From positions 9,111 through 73,110 of the forward strand of contig CAYMMK010000001.1 of the NCBI GenBank assembly GCA_964391575.1: 64,000 nt of DNA, given 5' to 3'. The notes beneath the pieces are model-generated. The model did no database searches and was not told where the DNA came from. It saw only the letters and a program-made list of their open reading frames with translations. The DNA comes from an uncultured Limnohabitans sp. GTDB taxonomy: Bacteria > Pseudomonadota > Gammaproteobacteria > Burkholderiales > Burkholderiaceae_C. Each line of letters starts with the position of its first letter. Positions within the stretch are counted from its first letter, which is position 1. Of this stretch, positions 20,227-34,586 are shown in pieces. The position numbers were made by a program, and so were the translations under genes.

Positions 20227-21429
20227 ATGACACGCAAGATGATGGTGACCGTGCTGGGCTCGACCGGCTCCATAGGTAAAAGTACCCTGGATGTGATGGC
20301 ACGCCACCCGGATCGTTTTGCACTGCATGCACTGACGGCAAACACGCAGGTTGACCTGATGTTTGAGCAGTGCATGCGCTGGCGCCCGCGACACGCGGTC
20401 ATGGCGCATGAGCCGGCGGGACGCCTGCTGCGTGATCGCTTGCGGGCTCAGGGTGTCGAAATCAAGGTTTCATGGGGAGCAAAAGCGCTTGACGAAGTGG
20501 CCAGCGACCCTGCTGTCGATGCAGTCATGGCAGCCATTGTTGGCGCGGTGGGCCTTTCATCGTGCCTCGCTGCCGCCCGCACTGGAAAGCGGCTGCTTTT
20601 GGCCAACAAGGAGGCTCTTGTCGTGGGCGGTGAGGTCTTTCTTGCAGCTGTTCGCAAGGGTAAGGCCACCTTGTTGCCGATTGACAGCGAGCATTCGGCC
20701 ATCTTTCAGTCTTTACCAGAGGATCCCTCGACCTGGCCCCATAGGGTTGACAAGATCATTTTGACGGCTTCGGGGGGGCCCTTCAGGCAACTCGATCCTG
20801 GCGAACTCAAAAACGTGACCCCCGGTCAAGCCTGTGCTCACCCCAACTGGGTCATGGGACGCAAGATTTCGGTGGACTCGGCCACGATGATGAACAAAGC
20901 CCTGGAAGTGATCGAGGCTCGCTACCTTTTTGGCGTCGAAGCCGCGCAGTTGCAGGTGGTCATTCATCCGCAAAGCATCATCCACTCGATGGTCCAGTTC
21001 ACGGATCATTCAGTGGTTGCGCAGTTGGGAACACCGGATATGCGGGTGCCTATCGCCTATGGCTTGAGCTGGCCCCATCGGATGGTATCGGGCGCGGCCG
21101 CACTGGATTGGAAAAGCCTGTCGGCCATGACGTTTGAATCTTTTGATGATCCTGCCCATCAAGCCAGATACCCGGGCCTCAAACTGGCATGGGAGTGCCT
21201 ATCCGCCCCTTCCGGAACCTGCGCCGTGCTCAATGCCGCCAATGAGGTGGCCGTCCAGGCATTTCTGGATCAACGTATCCGGTTTGACCAGATCCACACG
21301 GTCAATGCCGACAGCTTGCAGGCCTGGAAGTGTCAGCAACCTCAGGGGCTGGAGGACCTGCTGCACATTGATCAGGAAGCCAGGGGACTTGCCCAAGCCT
21401 GCATCGCTCGGTTGTCCATCAGGCATTGA
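20227..21429 (+). CDS. dxr: 1-deoxy-D-xylulose 5-phosphate reductoisomerase
   Basis: 400 aa. VLGSTGSIGKSTLDV, LANKEALV, IDSEHSAIFQ and HPNWVMGRKISVDSATMMNK motifs. Confidence 0.96.
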   Translation: MTRKMMVTVLGSTGSIGKSTLDVMARHPDRFALHALTANTQVDLMFEQCMRWRPRHAVMAHEPAGRLLRDRLRAQGVEIKVSWGAKALDEVASDPAVDAVMAAIVGAVGLSSCLAAARTGKRLLLANKEALVVGGEVFLAAVRKGKATLLPIDSEHSAIFQSLPEDPSTWPHRVDKIILTASGGPFRQLDPGELKNVTPGQACAHPNWVMGRKISVDSATMMNKALEVIEARYLFGVEAAQLQVVIHPQSIIHSMVQFTDHSVVAQLGTPDMRVPIAYGLSWPHRMVSGAAALDWKSLSAMTFESFDDPAHQARYPGLKLAWECLSAPSGTCAVLNAANEVAVQAFLDQRIRFDQIHTVNADSLQAWKCQQPQGLEDLLHIDQEARGLAQACIARLSIRH

Positions 21430-21698
21430 GGGCGGGGGATGATGGCATGGCCATTGAACTGAAGAAACTACTGGGTCTTCCCAGTTGCGGCAAGGTCATG
21501 ATTCAGCATTTTTCCATCTGACCTGTTGTATTATCTTCAGCAGTCAATGACAGGTTGACCTGTGCAATCGCCATGCCGACTTCCCGACTTGCAGGCCTCT
21601 TGAATGTCAACGGAAGATCACATGCGTCATCGACATATCAAGACAGCTGTCATCGACTGCAACTGCCTTGATCGAACTACAAACCATTCTGGTGTTTC

Positions 21699-24005
21699 AT
21701 GCATTTGTTCCCGATGTTTTCTGAAGTACGCTTGTCGATGGTCGCCCAAGCAGCTGCGATGATGGTGGCTTCGGCTCCTGCTATGGCCGTGATGCCATTT
21801 GTTGTGCAGGATATTCGCGTGGAAGGCCTGCAACGGGTTGAGCCCGGGACAGTATTTGCATCCTTGCCCGTGCGGGTTGGCGATCAATACACCGAGGACA
21901 AGGGTGCAGCGGCCATTCGTGCCCTTTTCTCCCTGGGACTTTTCAAGGATGTTCGACTCGAAACCCAGGGCAACGTCCTGGTGGTCTGGGTGGAAGAGCG
22001 ACCGACCGTCTCCACAGTCGAGTTCGTTGGTCTCAAGGAGTTTGACAAGGACGTATTGACCAAAGCGCTCAAGGAAGTCGGAATTGCAGAAGGCAGGCCT
22101 TTTGACAAAGCTCTCGCGGACAAGGCCGAACAGGAACTCAAAAGACAGTACATCAGCCGCAGTCTTTATGGCGCTGAGGTGGTCACCACGGCCACCCCGA
22201 CCGAAAGAAACCGGGTCAAGCTCACTTTCACGATCACCGAGGGTGGGCCAGCAAGAATCCGGACCATCCAGATCACCGGCAACCAGACCTTTTCGACAAG
22301 CACCCTCAGGGATCAATTCAATCTGGACACCGGCGGCTGGTTGAGCTGGTACACCAAATCCGACCGTTACTCTCGTACCAAGCTCAATGCCGACCTGGAG
22401 GCGCTTCGATCCTTCTACCTGTCCAGGGGTTTTCTCGAGTTCCGCATTGATTCGACCCAAGTCTCGATGTCGCCCGATCGACTTGAAATGGATATCCATG
22501 TCAACCTGACAGAAGGCGATCGATTTACCGTCTCGGCGGTCCGACTCGAAGGCAACTACCTTCAGCGGGAGCAGGAGTTCAAGACACTTGTCCGGATATC
22601 TGCGGGACAGCCATACAACGCCGAAACAGTTGCTGAAACCAGCAAGGCTTTTACAGACTATTTTTCCCGTTTTGGTTACGCCTTCGCCCGCATTGAAGTG
22701 CGTCCGGAGATCAATCGCGCCAACAACACTGTGGAACTGGTGCTTCAGGCCGATCCTGTGCGTAGGGCATATGTCCGGCGTATCCAGATTGCCGGCAATG
22801 AGCGAACGCGTGACGAGGTGATCCGCAGAGAATTGCGTCAGTTCGAGGCCTCCTGGTATGACGGTGACAAGATTCGTTTGTCCAGGGATCGGCTCGATCG
22901 TCTTGGTTTTTTTACCGAGGTAGATGTCCAGACCCAGGATGTGCCAGGCTCTGCGGATCAGGTTGATCTTGTGTTCACGGTCAAGGAAAAGCCTACCGGA
23001 AACCTCTCCTTGGGCGCCGGCTTCTCTTCAGCAGAAAAGGTGGCTCTGTCCTTTGGGATCAGTCAGGAAAACGCTTTTGGCTCTGGAAATTTTCTGGCGG
23101 TTCAGGTGAACACCAGCCGCTACAACCGTACTGTCGTGCTCAGCACGACTGACCCCTATTTCACCCAGAATGGCATATCCCGCTCATTCGATCTTTATCA
23201 CCGCACCACCCGTCCCTATCTGGGCGACCTGAATGCCTACAGCCTGGTCACGACCGGTGGGGGTATGAGGTTTGGTGTCCCTGTTACCGAGCTTGACACC
23301 GTTTTTATCGGGGGTAATTTCGAGCAGACGACCATTGGAAATGGCACGAATCTGCCCGTTGAGTACAAGGACTATGTCAACAAATTCGGATGGACCACCC
23401 GCGCATTGCCGATATCGATGGGCTGGGCACGTGACGGCCGTGACAGCGCTCTGGTGCCCACTCGGGGTGTTTACCAGCGCCTCAATGCCGAAACGAGCCT
23501 TTCTGGCGACATTCGCTATGTTCGGGCCAATGCCCAATTCCAGCAATATATTCCGCTGACCAAAAAGTACACCCTTGCCTACAACGTGGACTTGGGATGG
23601 GGCCAAGGACTGGGAGGCCGGCCATTTCCTCTGTTCAAGAATTTCTATGTGGGCGGTCTGGGCAGTGTGAGGGCTTTCGAGCAATCCACACTGGGTCCGG
23701 CTTCAGCCAGCAGCGGTTTGTACCTGGGTGGGCCCAAGAAAGTGGTGCTCAATGGGGAATTCATCACTCCGTTCCCGGGGGCTGGGAACGACCGTACACT
23801 CAGACTGTTCGCATTTACCGATGTGGGCAAGGCCTTTGGAGAGTCTGAAAAAGTCGACCTGGACCAATTGCGTGCTTCGGTTGGTGTCGGCTTAAGCTGG
23901 ATTTCACCCATGGGGCCATTACGATTCTCCTATGGACTGCCCATCCGCAAGCAGAGTACGGATAAAATCCAAAGACTTCAATTCCAGATCGGAACTTCCT
24001 TCTAA
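21699..24005 (+). CDS. bamA: Outer membrane protein assembly factor BamA
   Basis: 768 aa. Signal peptide, POTRA repeats (FVVQDIRVEGLQRV...), C-terminal beta-barrel ending in QFQIGTSF. Confidence 0.95.
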   Translation: MHLFPMFSEVRLSMVAQAAAMMVASAPAMAVMPFVVQDIRVEGLQRVEPGTVFASLPVRVGDQYTEDKGAAAIRALFSLGLFKDVRLETQGNVLVVWVEERPTVSTVEFVGLKEFDKDVLTKALKEVGIAEGRPFDKALADKAEQELKRQYISRSLYGAEVVTTATPTERNRVKLTFTITEGGPARIRTIQITGNQTFSTSTLRDQFNLDTGGWLSWYTKSDRYSRTKLNADLEALRSFYLSRGFLEFRIDSTQVSMSPDRLEMDIHVNLTEGDRFTVSAVRLEGNYLQREQEFKTLVRISAGQPYNAETVAETSKAFTDYFSRFGYAFARIEVRPEINRANNTVELVLQADPVRRAYVRRIQIAGNERTRDEVIRRELRQFEASWYDGDKIRLSRDRLDRLGFFTEVDVQTQDVPGSADQVDLVFTVKEKPTGNLSLGAGFSSAEKVALSFGISQENAFGSGNFLAVQVNTSRYNRTVVLSTTDPYFTQNGISRSFDLYHRTTRPYLGDLNAYSLVTTGGGMRFGVPVTELDTVFIGGNFEQTTIGNGTNLPVEYKDYVNKFGWTTRALPISMGWARDGRDSALVPTRGVYQRLNAETSLSGDIRYVRANAQFQQYIPLTKKYTLAYNVDLGWGQGLGGRPFPLFKNFYVGGLGSVRAFEQSTLGPASASSGLYLGGPKKVVLNGEFITPFPGAGNDRTLRLFAFTDVGKAFGESEKVDLDQLRASVGVGLSWISPMGPLRFSYGLPIRKQSTDKIQRLQFQIGTSF

Positions 24006-24520
24006 TGAACACGCTTCGACTATCACTTGCCGCCATGGGTCTTGCATGGGTCGTCCTTGCTCCTTGCAGCGCCATTGCACAGGAGTTCAAGATGGGCTTC
24101 GTCAACACCGAGCGCATCTTTAGAGAGTCTGCTACAGCCCGGCAAGCACAACAAAAGCTCGAGCAGGAGTTTGCCAAGCGTGAAAAGGAATTGGTCGACG
24201 CGGGCAATGCCCTTAAGACTGCTTCTGAAAAGTTTGAACGTGAAGCCCCGACACTGGCCGAGTCACAGCGTGCCGCTCGGCAGAAAACCTTGCTTGATCA
24301 GGAGCGGGAATTTCAGCGCAAGCGACGCGAATTCCAGGAAGATCTGAACGCTCGCAAGAACGAAGAGCAGCAATTGGTTGTTGAACGGGCCAACCGGGCC
24401 GTGCGCCAAGTCGCTGAATCTGAAAAATACGATGTGATTTTTCAGGAGGCTGTTTACATCAATCCCAAACATGACATCACCGACAAGGTCCTCAGGGCCT
24501 TGAACGGCGGCGCCAAGTGA
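24005..24520 (+). CDS. skp: Periplasmic chaperone Skp (OmpH family)
   Basis: 171 aa. Signal peptide, then a coiled-coil region rich in Q/E/K/R. Canonical position after bamA, with a TAATG overlap. Confidence 0.88.
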   Translation: MNTLRLSLAAMGLAWVVLAPCSAIAQEFKMGFVNTERIFRESATARQAQQKLEQEFAKREKELVDAGNALKTASEKFEREAPTLAESQRAARQKTLLDQEREFQRKRREFQEDLNARKNEEQQLVVERANRAVRQVAESEKYDVIFQEAVYINPKHDITDKVLRALNGGAK

Positions 24521-24535
24521 CCGGTCTTTCGCGCA

Positions 24536-25525
24536 GTGTCATTGACGCTGGGTTACATTGCTGAGTCTCTGGGGGGGCACCTGCTGGGTGATCCCCGGGT
24601 GGTCATCGAAGGCATTGCTCCCCTGCAGGATGCCCGCTCCTGCCACATCAGTTTTCTGAGTCATCCGAGGTACTCCTCATTATTGGAGACTTCTCAAGCT
24701 GCCTGTGTCATCGCCACCGAGGCTTATCGCGAGTTGGCTTGCAGCCGTGGTGCAGCCATCATTACGCCTGACCCTTATTTGTACTATGCAAGATTGACGC
24801 AACTCTGGAAACGAATGCATCAGGTCGTCGCCACGCAGGGTATCCATCCAAGTGCGGTGATTGACCCTTCTGCCCATGTGGCGGCGGATGCCGTAGTCGG
24901 TCCTCTGTGTGTGGTCGAGGCGGGTGCCAGGATTGGAGCGGGGTCCCTGCTGTACTCGCGCGTCACGATTGGTCGAGATTGCTGTGTCGGGGACCGATGT
25001 GTTCTTCATTCGGGGGTGGTCATTGGTGCAGATGGATTCGGATTTGCCTTAGACCAGGAACGCTGGGAAAAGATCGAACAGTTGGGGGCTGTGCGCATCG
25101 GCAACGATGTAGAAATTGGTGCCAACACCTGTATTGATCGTGGTGCATTGGGTGATACCGTGGTGGAAGATGGCGTCAAACTCGACAACCTGATCCAGAT
25201 CGGTCACAACGTCCATATCGGTGCGCATACGGCCATGGCGGGTTGTGTGGGTGTTGCTGGCAGTGCACGCATCGGTGCGGGCTGTACCATCGGCGGTGGT
25301 GCTGTGGTGTTGGGTCACTTGTCCCTGGCTGACGGCGTCCACATTTCTGCTGCATCCGTAGTTACCCGTTCGATTTCAAAACCGGGCCATTACACCGGTC
25401 TTTTCCCCATCGACGAAAACGCTGACTGGGAAAAAAATGCCGCCAGCCTGAGGCAATTGCATCGTTTGCGTGAGCGATTGCGCGAACTTGAAAACATCAT
25501 CAAAAATCGGGAAAAGTCGACATGA
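24536..25525 (+). CDS. lpxD: UDP-3-O-acylglucosamine N-acyltransferase
   Basis: 329 aa with a GTG start. Hexapeptide (LbH) repeats and the canonical position skp-lpxD-fabZ. Confidence 0.93.
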   Translation: MSLTLGYIAESLGGHLLGDPRVVIEGIAPLQDARSCHISFLSHPRYSSLLETSQAACVIATEAYRELACSRGAAIITPDPYLYYARLTQLWKRMHQVVATQGIHPSAVIDPSAHVAADAVVGPLCVVEAGARIGAGSLLYSRVTIGRDCCVGDRCVLHSGVVIGADGFGFALDQERWEKIEQLGAVRIGNDVEIGANTCIDRGALGDTVVEDGVKLDNLIQIGHNVHIGAHTAMAGCVGVAGSARIGAGCTIGGGAVVLGHLSLADGVHISAASVVTRSISKPGHYTGLFPIDENADWEKNAASLRQLHRLRERLRELENIIKNREKST

Positions 25526-25962
25526 TGGACATTCATCAGATACTTAAGCAACTGCCCCACCGCTATCCCATTTTGCTGGTTGACCGGGTGTTGTCCCTTG
25601 AGCCCGGTGTACGTATCAAGGCCATCAAGAATGTCACTATCAACGAACCATTCTTTACCGGACATTTCCCGCACCGACCCGTGATGCCCGGTGTGCTGAT
25701 GCTCGAAGCCTTGGCCCAGGCTGCCGCATTGCTGGCATTCGAAACCATGGGTGTGACTCCGGATGAGAGCTCGGTCTATTATTTTGCCGGCATTGATGGC
25801 GCCAGATTCAAACGACCTGTCGAGCCCGGCGATCAGTTGATTCTGGAGGTGGCCCTGGACCGTAACAAGGCTGGCATTTTTAGATTTGATGCACGCGCAC
25901 TGGTGGGCGATGAAGTGGCGGTCGAGGCCCAACTGATGTGTGCGATGAGAAAGATTGCCTGA
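25522..25962 (+). CDS. fabZ: 3-hydroxyacyl-ACP dehydratase FabZ
   Basis: 146 aa. [13 protein letters not shown] and [23 protein letters not shown] motifs. Confidence 0.96.
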   Translation: MMDIHQILKQLPHRYPILLVDRVLSLEPGVRIKAIKNVTINEPFFTGHFPHRPVMPGVLMLEALAQAAALLAFETMGVTPDESSVYYFAGIDGARFKRPVEPGDQLILEVALDRNKAGIFRFDARALVGDEVAVEAQLMCAMRKIA

Positions 25963-25966
25963 GTAC

Positions 25967-26761
25967 ATGAGCTTGATTCATCCAACGGCCATCGTATATC
26001 CCGGTGCCCAGATCGACAGCTCGGTCACGATCGGACCCTACAGCGTGATTGGCCCGAACGTGCGTATTGGCGCGGGTACCTCGGTCGCCTCCCACTGCGT
26101 GATCGAGGGGAACACCACCATCGGTCGGGACAATCGCATTTTTCAGTTCAACTCGCTGGGCGCCATTCCGCAGGACAAAAAATACAACAATGAGCCTTGT
26201 GCATTGATCATTGGCGACAGAAACACCATTCGTGAATTCTGCACGTTCAACATTGGCTCACCCGGCGACCAGGGCGTGACCAGGGTTGGCAATGACAACT
26301 GGATCATGGCCTATGTCCACCTGGCCCATGACTGTGTGGTGGGCCACCACACGATTTTTGCCAACAACACGCAACTGGCGGGCCATGTCTGGGTGGGGGA
26401 TTGGGCGATTCTGGGTGGATTTACGGTGGTGCACCAGTTCTGCCGGATTGGGGCCCATGCATTTACGGCCATGAACTCGCTTCTCTTTGCCGATCTTCCA
26501 CCCTTCGTCATGGCCCAGGGGCAACCTGCTCAGGCCCGATCCATGAATTTCGAAGGTCTCAAAAGACGCGGCTTTAGCCCAGAACGTATCAGTGCCGTCA
26601 AGGGCATGCATAAACACCTTTATCGGGAGGGTCTGACGCTTGAGCAGTCAATGCTTCGAATCAAGGCGATGGCCGACGATCGTCCCGAGGCCATGGTGGA
26701 CATCGAGATGATGCTCGACTTCCTTTCGGGAGCGAATCCTCAGCGCGGTATCGTCCGTTGA
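25967..26761 (+). CDS. lpxA: Acyl-ACP--UDP-N-acetylglucosamine O-acyltransferase
   Basis: [17 protein letters not shown]-terminus, hexapeptide repeats, helical C-terminal domain. Confidence 0.95.
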   Translation: MSLIHPTAIVYPGAQIDSSVTIGPYSVIGPNVRIGAGTSVASHCVIEGNTTIGRDNRIFQFNSLGAIPQDKKYNNEPCALIIGDRNTIREFCTFNIGSPGDQGVTRVGNDNWIMAYVHLAHDCVVGHHTIFANNTQLAGHVWVGDWAILGGFTVVHQFCRIGAHAFTAMNSLLFADLPPFVMAQGQPAQARSMNFEGLKRRGFSPERISAVKGMHKHLYREGLTLEQSMLRIKAMADDRPEAMVDIEMMLDFLSGANPQRGIVR

Positions 26762-26769
26762 GATTGCCC

Positions 26770-27942
26770 ATGAGGCCTGCTGAGATTGAGGCTGCACAAA
26801 CGGCCAACTCCCTGACTGTAGGCATGGTTGCTGGTGAGGCTTCCGGTGACTTGCTGGCCGGTCTTTTGATCCAGGGCCTGCGGCATCGCTGGCCGCATTT
26901 GAAGAGCCATGGCATTGGTGGGCCGGCCATGGTCGCTGAAGGGTTTGATGCCTTATGGGCTTCTCATGAACTGGCTGTGCGAGGGTATGTTGAGGTTCTC
27001 CGCCACTACAGACGCATCGTATCCATCAGGAACAGCCTGAAGCGAAAGTTGCTTGAGCATCCGCCACAGGTCTTCATCGGAGTGGATGCTCCTGACTTCA
27101 ATCTGGATCTGGAGTGCACTCTCAAAGCTCATGGCATTGCGACCATTCATATGGTCTGTCCTTCCATATGGGCCTGGCGCCCTGAGCGTATCGAGAAAAT
27201 CCGCCGTAGCGTCGATCACATGTTGTGCATATTTCCTTTTGAGGTCGAACTCTTGGCGCGTGAGGGTGTCGATGCCACATATGTCGGGCACCCCCTTGCC
27301 TCCGTGATTCCGTTGAACCCCGACCAATCCCACGCCCGAAGACTTCTGGGTTTGCTCGACGACGCACCAACGGTGGCCTTGCTGCCGGGCAGCAGGTCTT
27401 CCGAGGTTGAGCACATGGCTCCACGATTGCTTGAAGCGGCAGTTTTGATGCAAAAGCGATGCCCGAACTTGCAGGTGGTGTTGCCTGCCGTTCCCCACCT
27501 GAAAAAGAAAATTGAGGCCTTGTGTTTTGGTGTTCAGGTCAAAGGTCTCAAAATTCTTGAAGGGGCTTCCCATCAAGCTCTTGCGGCCTGCGATGTCACC
27601 TTGATTGCCAGCGGTACGGCCACCCTGGAGGCGGCTCTTTTCAAGCGACCCATGGTGATTGCTTATCACATGAACTGGATCAGCTGGCAAATCATGCGTC
27701 GTCAAAGACTGCAACCCTGGGTGGGATTGCCCAATATTCTTTGCCATGATCAACTTGTGCCCGAACTGTTGCAAGATGAGTGCACGCCCGAGAACCTGGC
27801 CAAAGAGGCCCTGGCCTGGCTCTCGGCGCCATCCAGGGTTGAGGCCTTGAAAAAGCGTTTTTCCAGCCTGCATCATGAATTGATCCGCAATACCCCTGGA
27901 GAATCCGTGCATGCGATTGAAACCGTTCTCCAAAACGCCTGA
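26770..27942 (+). CDS. lpxB: Lipid-A-disaccharide synthase
   Basis: [13 protein letters not shown] motif near the N-terminus. The start is ambiguous: ATG at 26770, or TTG at 26758 overlapping the lpxA stop. Confidence 0.92.
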   Translation: MRPAEIEAAQTANSLTVGMVAGEASGDLLAGLLIQGLRHRWPHLKSHGIGGPAMVAEGFDALWASHELAVRGYVEVLRHYRRIVSIRNSLKRKLLEHPPQVFIGVDAPDFNLDLECTLKAHGIATIHMVCPSIWAWRPERIEKIRRSVDHMLCIFPFEVELLAREGVDATYVGHPLASVIPLNPDQSHARRLLGLLDDAPTVALLPGSRSSEVEHMAPRLLEAAVLMQKRCPNLQVVLPAVPHLKKKIEALCFGVQVKGLKILEGASHQALAACDVTLIASGTATLEAALFKRPMVIAYHMNWISWQIMRRQRLQPWVGLPNILCHDQLVPELLQDECTPENLAKEALAWLSAPSRVEALKKRFSSLHHELIRNTPGESVHAIETVLQNA

Positions 27943-28531
27943 GCAGACGCTCTTGAAATTCGAAGTTTCGGGTCTCCTTGCGGGAGTTGACGAGGCAGGG
28001 CGGGGTCCTTTGGCCGGACCGGTCGTTGCGGCGGCTGTGATCCTGGACGATCTCAACCCGGTCAGAGGCTTGGCCGACTCGAAAAAACTGTCGGCGTTCA
28101 AGCGCGAAGAGCTCTACCACATGATCCGGGAAAGGTCCTTGTGTTTCTGCATTGCTGAAGCGACTGTCGAGGAAATTGACGCATTGAATATCCTTGAGGC
28201 CACCATGCTGGCCATGCGGCGTGCTGTCCAGGGTCTCAGGCTCACCCCTGCGAAGGTATTGGTGGACGGCAACCGCTTGCCGACGCTAGACGTTTTGGCT
28301 GAGGCCATTGTCAAAGGCGATGCCAAGATACCCAGTATTTCTGCAGCGTCCATTTTGGCAAAGGTCTATCGTGATCATTGGTGCCATCAATTGCACAGTC
28401 AATTTCCGCTTTATGGATTTGACCGGCACAAAGGGTATGGAACGCCGGAGCATATTCAGGCCTTGCGGACTCATGGCCCCACGCCATGGCACCGTCGCAG
28501 TTTTGCTCCGGTTGCCGAGGCGGCCCGATGA
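27911..28531 (+). CDS. rnhB: Ribonuclease HII
   Basis: 206 aa. [22 protein letters not shown] and DSKKLS motifs. Overlaps the lpxB 3' end. Confidence 0.94.
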   Translation: MRLKPFSKTPEQTLLKFEVSGLLAGVDEAGRGPLAGPVVAAAVILDDLNPVRGLADSKKLSAFKREELYHMIRERSLCFCIAEATVEEIDALNILEATMLAMRRAVQGLRLTPAKVLVDGNRLPTLDVLAEAIVKGDAKIPSISAASILAKVYRDHWCHQLHSQFPLYGFDRHKGYGTPEHIQALRTHGPTPWHRRSFAPVAEAAR

Positions 28532-29301
28532 AGCACATTGCATCCAGAGAAAATCCGCTGGTCAAATTATTGACCCGCCTGTCCAGGCAGACCACTTCAT
28601 ACCGGCGGGAGCGCCAGTATTGGCTCGAGGGTGATCATCTGTGTCGCGCAGCACTGCTGCAGGGTGTTCAGCCACGACTGGCGGTTTTCTCTGAGTCGTG
28701 CTGGCATCAGCAGGGAGAGACCTGGAATGTGCCACCGGACCTTCTGGTTTTATTGCCTGACCCATTGTTTGCCCAAATCAGTGGTTTGCGCTCGCCGGCT
28801 GCGATGGGTTTTGTGATGGATCAGACTTTGAGCCCTCCCATCGATCCCTATCTTCAGAGCCTGGTACTCGACAGAGTTCAGGATGCAGGCAACGTGGGCT
28901 CGATGCTCAGGTCAGCTGCTGCCTTCGGCTTTCGTCAAGTCTTGTCCTTGCAGGGAACGGCGTCTCTTTGGTCGCCCAAGGTGCTGCGTTCCGCTATGGG
29001 CGCTCATTTTTCTCTTCAATTGCACGAGGGACTCACCGAAAAGGATATTGATCGTCTGCAGGTGCCTCTGGTGGTCACGGTCGTCCATGATGGAACGTTC
29101 CTGCACCAGCTGCTTGCCCGTAGCGGATTGCCAGCAGTGTGTGCGTGGGTCATGGGCCATGAAGGGCAGGGCGTTTCACCGACCTTGATCGCTCGCGCGC
29201 ATCATCGGGTCCGGATTGCTCAGCCTGGTGGAGAGGAGTCGCTCAACGTGGCAGCTGCTGCAGCCATTTGTCTGCATGCCAGCGCGACCTTCAAGCCCTG
29301 A
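28528..29301 (+). CDS. TrmH/SpoU-family RNA 2'-O-methyltransferase
   Basis: ATG at 28528 overlaps the rnhB stop (ATGA). [21 protein letters not shown] and [13 protein letters not shown] motifs of SPOUT methyltransferases. Confidence 0.85.
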   Translation: MKHIASRENPLVKLLTRLSRQTTSYRRERQYWLEGDHLCRAALLQGVQPRLAVFSESCWHQQGETWNVPPDLLVLLPDPLFAQISGLRSPAAMGFVMDQTLSPPIDPYLQSLVLDRVQDAGNVGSMLRSAAAFGFRQVLSLQGTASLWSPKVLRSAMGAHFSLQLHEGLTEKDIDRLQVPLVVTVVHDGTFLHQLLARSGLPAVCAWVMGHEGQGVSPTLIARAHHRVRIAQPGGEESLNVAAAAAICLHASATFKP

Positions 29302-29351
29302 GGGCTGATCGCCCGATCCAAGAGGGTGAGCGTGGGGACTCGGGATGTTCA

Positions 29352-29382
29352 TTGCAGTTTCCAACGATTGCCGGGCTATAAT
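29352..29382 (+). promoter_or_regulatory. Possible sigma70 promoter for carAB (TTGCAG - 19 nt - TATAAT)
   Basis: Perfect TATAAT at 29377-29382. The only -35-like hexamer is at a suboptimal 19-nt spacing. Confidence 0.3.
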
Positions 29383-29510
29383 AAGAGGCTTTCCAGCATC
29401 AATCCCGTACGTCCCAGCCCAGCCAGGTCCTTTTCCCTCGAACAAGCAGCCCAACAGAGACTTTTCTCTGCGCAGCGCTGAGGCGTACCCGAACCCAAAC
29501 GGAGAACCCA

Positions 29511-30685
29511 GTGCTTTTGTCTCTTCAGGGAACTTTCCCTCCCGCCATTCTGGCGCTTGCAGACGGCACGGTCTTTATCGGCAATTCCATCGGAGCCGCA
29601 GGCTCTACCGTCGGAGAGGTGGTTTTCAACACCTCTATCGTCGGTTACCAGGAAATCCTCACCGACCCCAGCTACTGCCAGCAGATCGTCACCCTGACGT
29701 ACCCGCACATTGGCAATTACGGCGTCAATAACGAGGACATTGAAGCCGACAAGGTCCATGCCGCTGGCCTCATCGTCAAGGATCTGCCGCTGCTGGCCTC
29801 GAACTTCCGTTCCAGCCAGTCCCTGTCCGACTACCTCAAGGCCAGCAAGACCGTCGCGATTGCCAACATCGACACCCGCAAGCTGACCCGCCTGCTGCGC
29901 AGAAAGGGCGCCCAGAACGGCGCCATCATCGGTCTGTCTGCGGGCGAAAAGGTCACGCAGGCCCTGATCGACCAGGCGATTGCCGCTGCTCAGACCGCCC
30001 CGTCGATGGCCGGCCTGGACCTGGCCCAGAAAGTCACCGTGGCCCGGGGCTACGACTGGACACAGACCGAGTGGAAGCTCGGCTCCGGCTATGGCACGCA
30101 GACGGCCCCGAAATTCCACGTCGTGGCTTATGACTTCGGCGTGAAGAAAAACATCCTGCGCATGCTGGCTGAACGCGGCTGCAAGGTCACCGTGGTGCCT
30201 GCCAGGACGCCTGCGGCCGAAGTGCTCAAGCACAATCCCGATGGCATCTTCCTGTCCAACGGCCCAGGCGACCCGGAGCCTTGCGACTACGCGATCATCG
30301 CTGCCCGCGAATTGATCGAGACCGGCATCCCGACGTTTGGCATCTGTCTGGGACACCAGATCATGGCCTTGGCCAGCGGGGCCAAGACCTTCAAAATGAA
30401 ATTCGGCCACCACGGCGCCAACCACCCGGTCAAGGACCTGGACAACGGCCGCGTGAGTATCACCAGCCAGAACCACGGTTTTGCCGTGGACGAAAAGTCC
30501 TTGCCCGCCAACCTGCGTCCGACCCACGTGTCGCTGTTTGACGGCACTCTGCAGGGCCTGGCCCGCACAGACAAGCCCGCGTTCTGCTTCCAGGGTCACC
30601 CCGAAGCCTCCCCCGGCCCGCATGACATCGCTTACCTGTTTGACCGCTTCACGGCATTGATGGCCACGGCCCAGGAGAAAAAATA

Positions 30686-30686
<1 letters not shown>
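29511..30686 (+). CDS. carA: Carbamoyl-phosphate synthase small (glutaminase) subunit
   Basis: 391 aa with a GTG start. [20 protein letters not shown] and GICLGHQ (catalytic Cys) motifs. Confidence 0.96.
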
Positions 30687-33916
<3,230 letters not shown>

Positions 33917-33979
33917 GGTCCACGATTGCGGGTGCTGACAATCCTTCAGTGTTGACTTCATGGAGGCATAATGCCGATC

Positions 33980-34014
33980 AACCGCCGAGCGCAATCCCTC
34001 GGCGGTTTTGTTTT
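33980..34014 (+). terminator. Strong intrinsic terminator downstream of carB, ending 12 nt before the greA start codon
   Basis: AACCGCCGAG-cgcaatcc-CTCGGCGGTT followed by TTGTTTT. The greA SD GGAGA follows immediately. Confidence 0.8.
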
Positions 34015-34025
34015 GGAGAATTTTG

Positions 34026-34502
34026 ATGGCCACTATTCCGATCACCCGAAAAGGGGCAGAAAAACTCAAGGAAGAACTGCATCGACTCAAGACCCTGGAC
34101 CGTCCCGCAGTGATTCAGGCCATTGCTGAAGCCCGGGCGCAGGGCGATCTCAGCGAAAACGCCGAGTACGATGCTGCCAAAGACCGACAAGGATTCATCG
34201 AGGGCCGGATTCAGGAAATAGAGGGCAAACTGGCTGCAGCCCAGGTTATCGATCCGTCAACACTCGATGCCGGCGGACGTGTGGTGTTTGGGGCTACCGT
34301 GGAACTTGAAGAACAGTCCAGCGGCGAACTTGTGACGTACCAGATCGTGGGTGAGGATGAGGCGGATCTGAAGCTGGGACTGATCAACATAAGCAGTCCC
34401 ATCGCTCGCGCCTTGATTGGCAAGGAAGAGGGTGATCTGGCCGAGGTTCAGGCACCTGGTGGTGTCAAGCGCTACGAGATAGTTGTGGTGACCTACCGAT
34501 AA
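34026..34502 (+). CDS. greA: Transcription elongation factor GreA
   Basis: [22 protein letters not shown]...[19 protein letters not shown] is the canonical GreA sequence. Confidence 0.96.
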   Translation: MATIPITRKGAEKLKEELHRLKTLDRPAVIQAIAEARAQGDLSENAEYDAAKDRQGFIEGRIQEIEGKLAAAQVIDPSTLDAGGRVVFGATVELEEQSSGELVTYQIVGEDEADLKLGLINISSPIARALIGKEEGDLAEVQAPGGVKRYEIVVVTYR

Positions 34503-34586
34503 AAGGCTTCTGGCAGGTCGCTGATGTAGGGGATCTGGAAGATTATGTTTTTATTGGCTATAGGGCAATTCCGCACCGACACGTCC

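Noticed and set aside
21447-21521. 24-codon ORF (MAIELKKLLGLPSCGKVMIQHFSI) just downstream of dxr
   Set aside because: It has no SD-like sequence, is very short, and has no detectable resemblance to RseP or any known small protein. Evidence is insufficient.
26953-28101. 382-aa antisense ORF opposite lpxB/rnhB, and similar ones opposite rnr (12979..13923), the aminotransferase (4583..5866) and the TPP enzyme (61179..62252)
   Set aside because: The same reasoning applies: shadow ORFs overlapping well-supported genes, with no independent signals (SD, motifs).
33952-33972. TTGACT ... CATAAT as a greA promoter
   Set aside because: The hexamers are separated by only 9 nt, incompatible with sigma70 spacing. 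No alternative -10 sits 16-18 nt after TTGACT.
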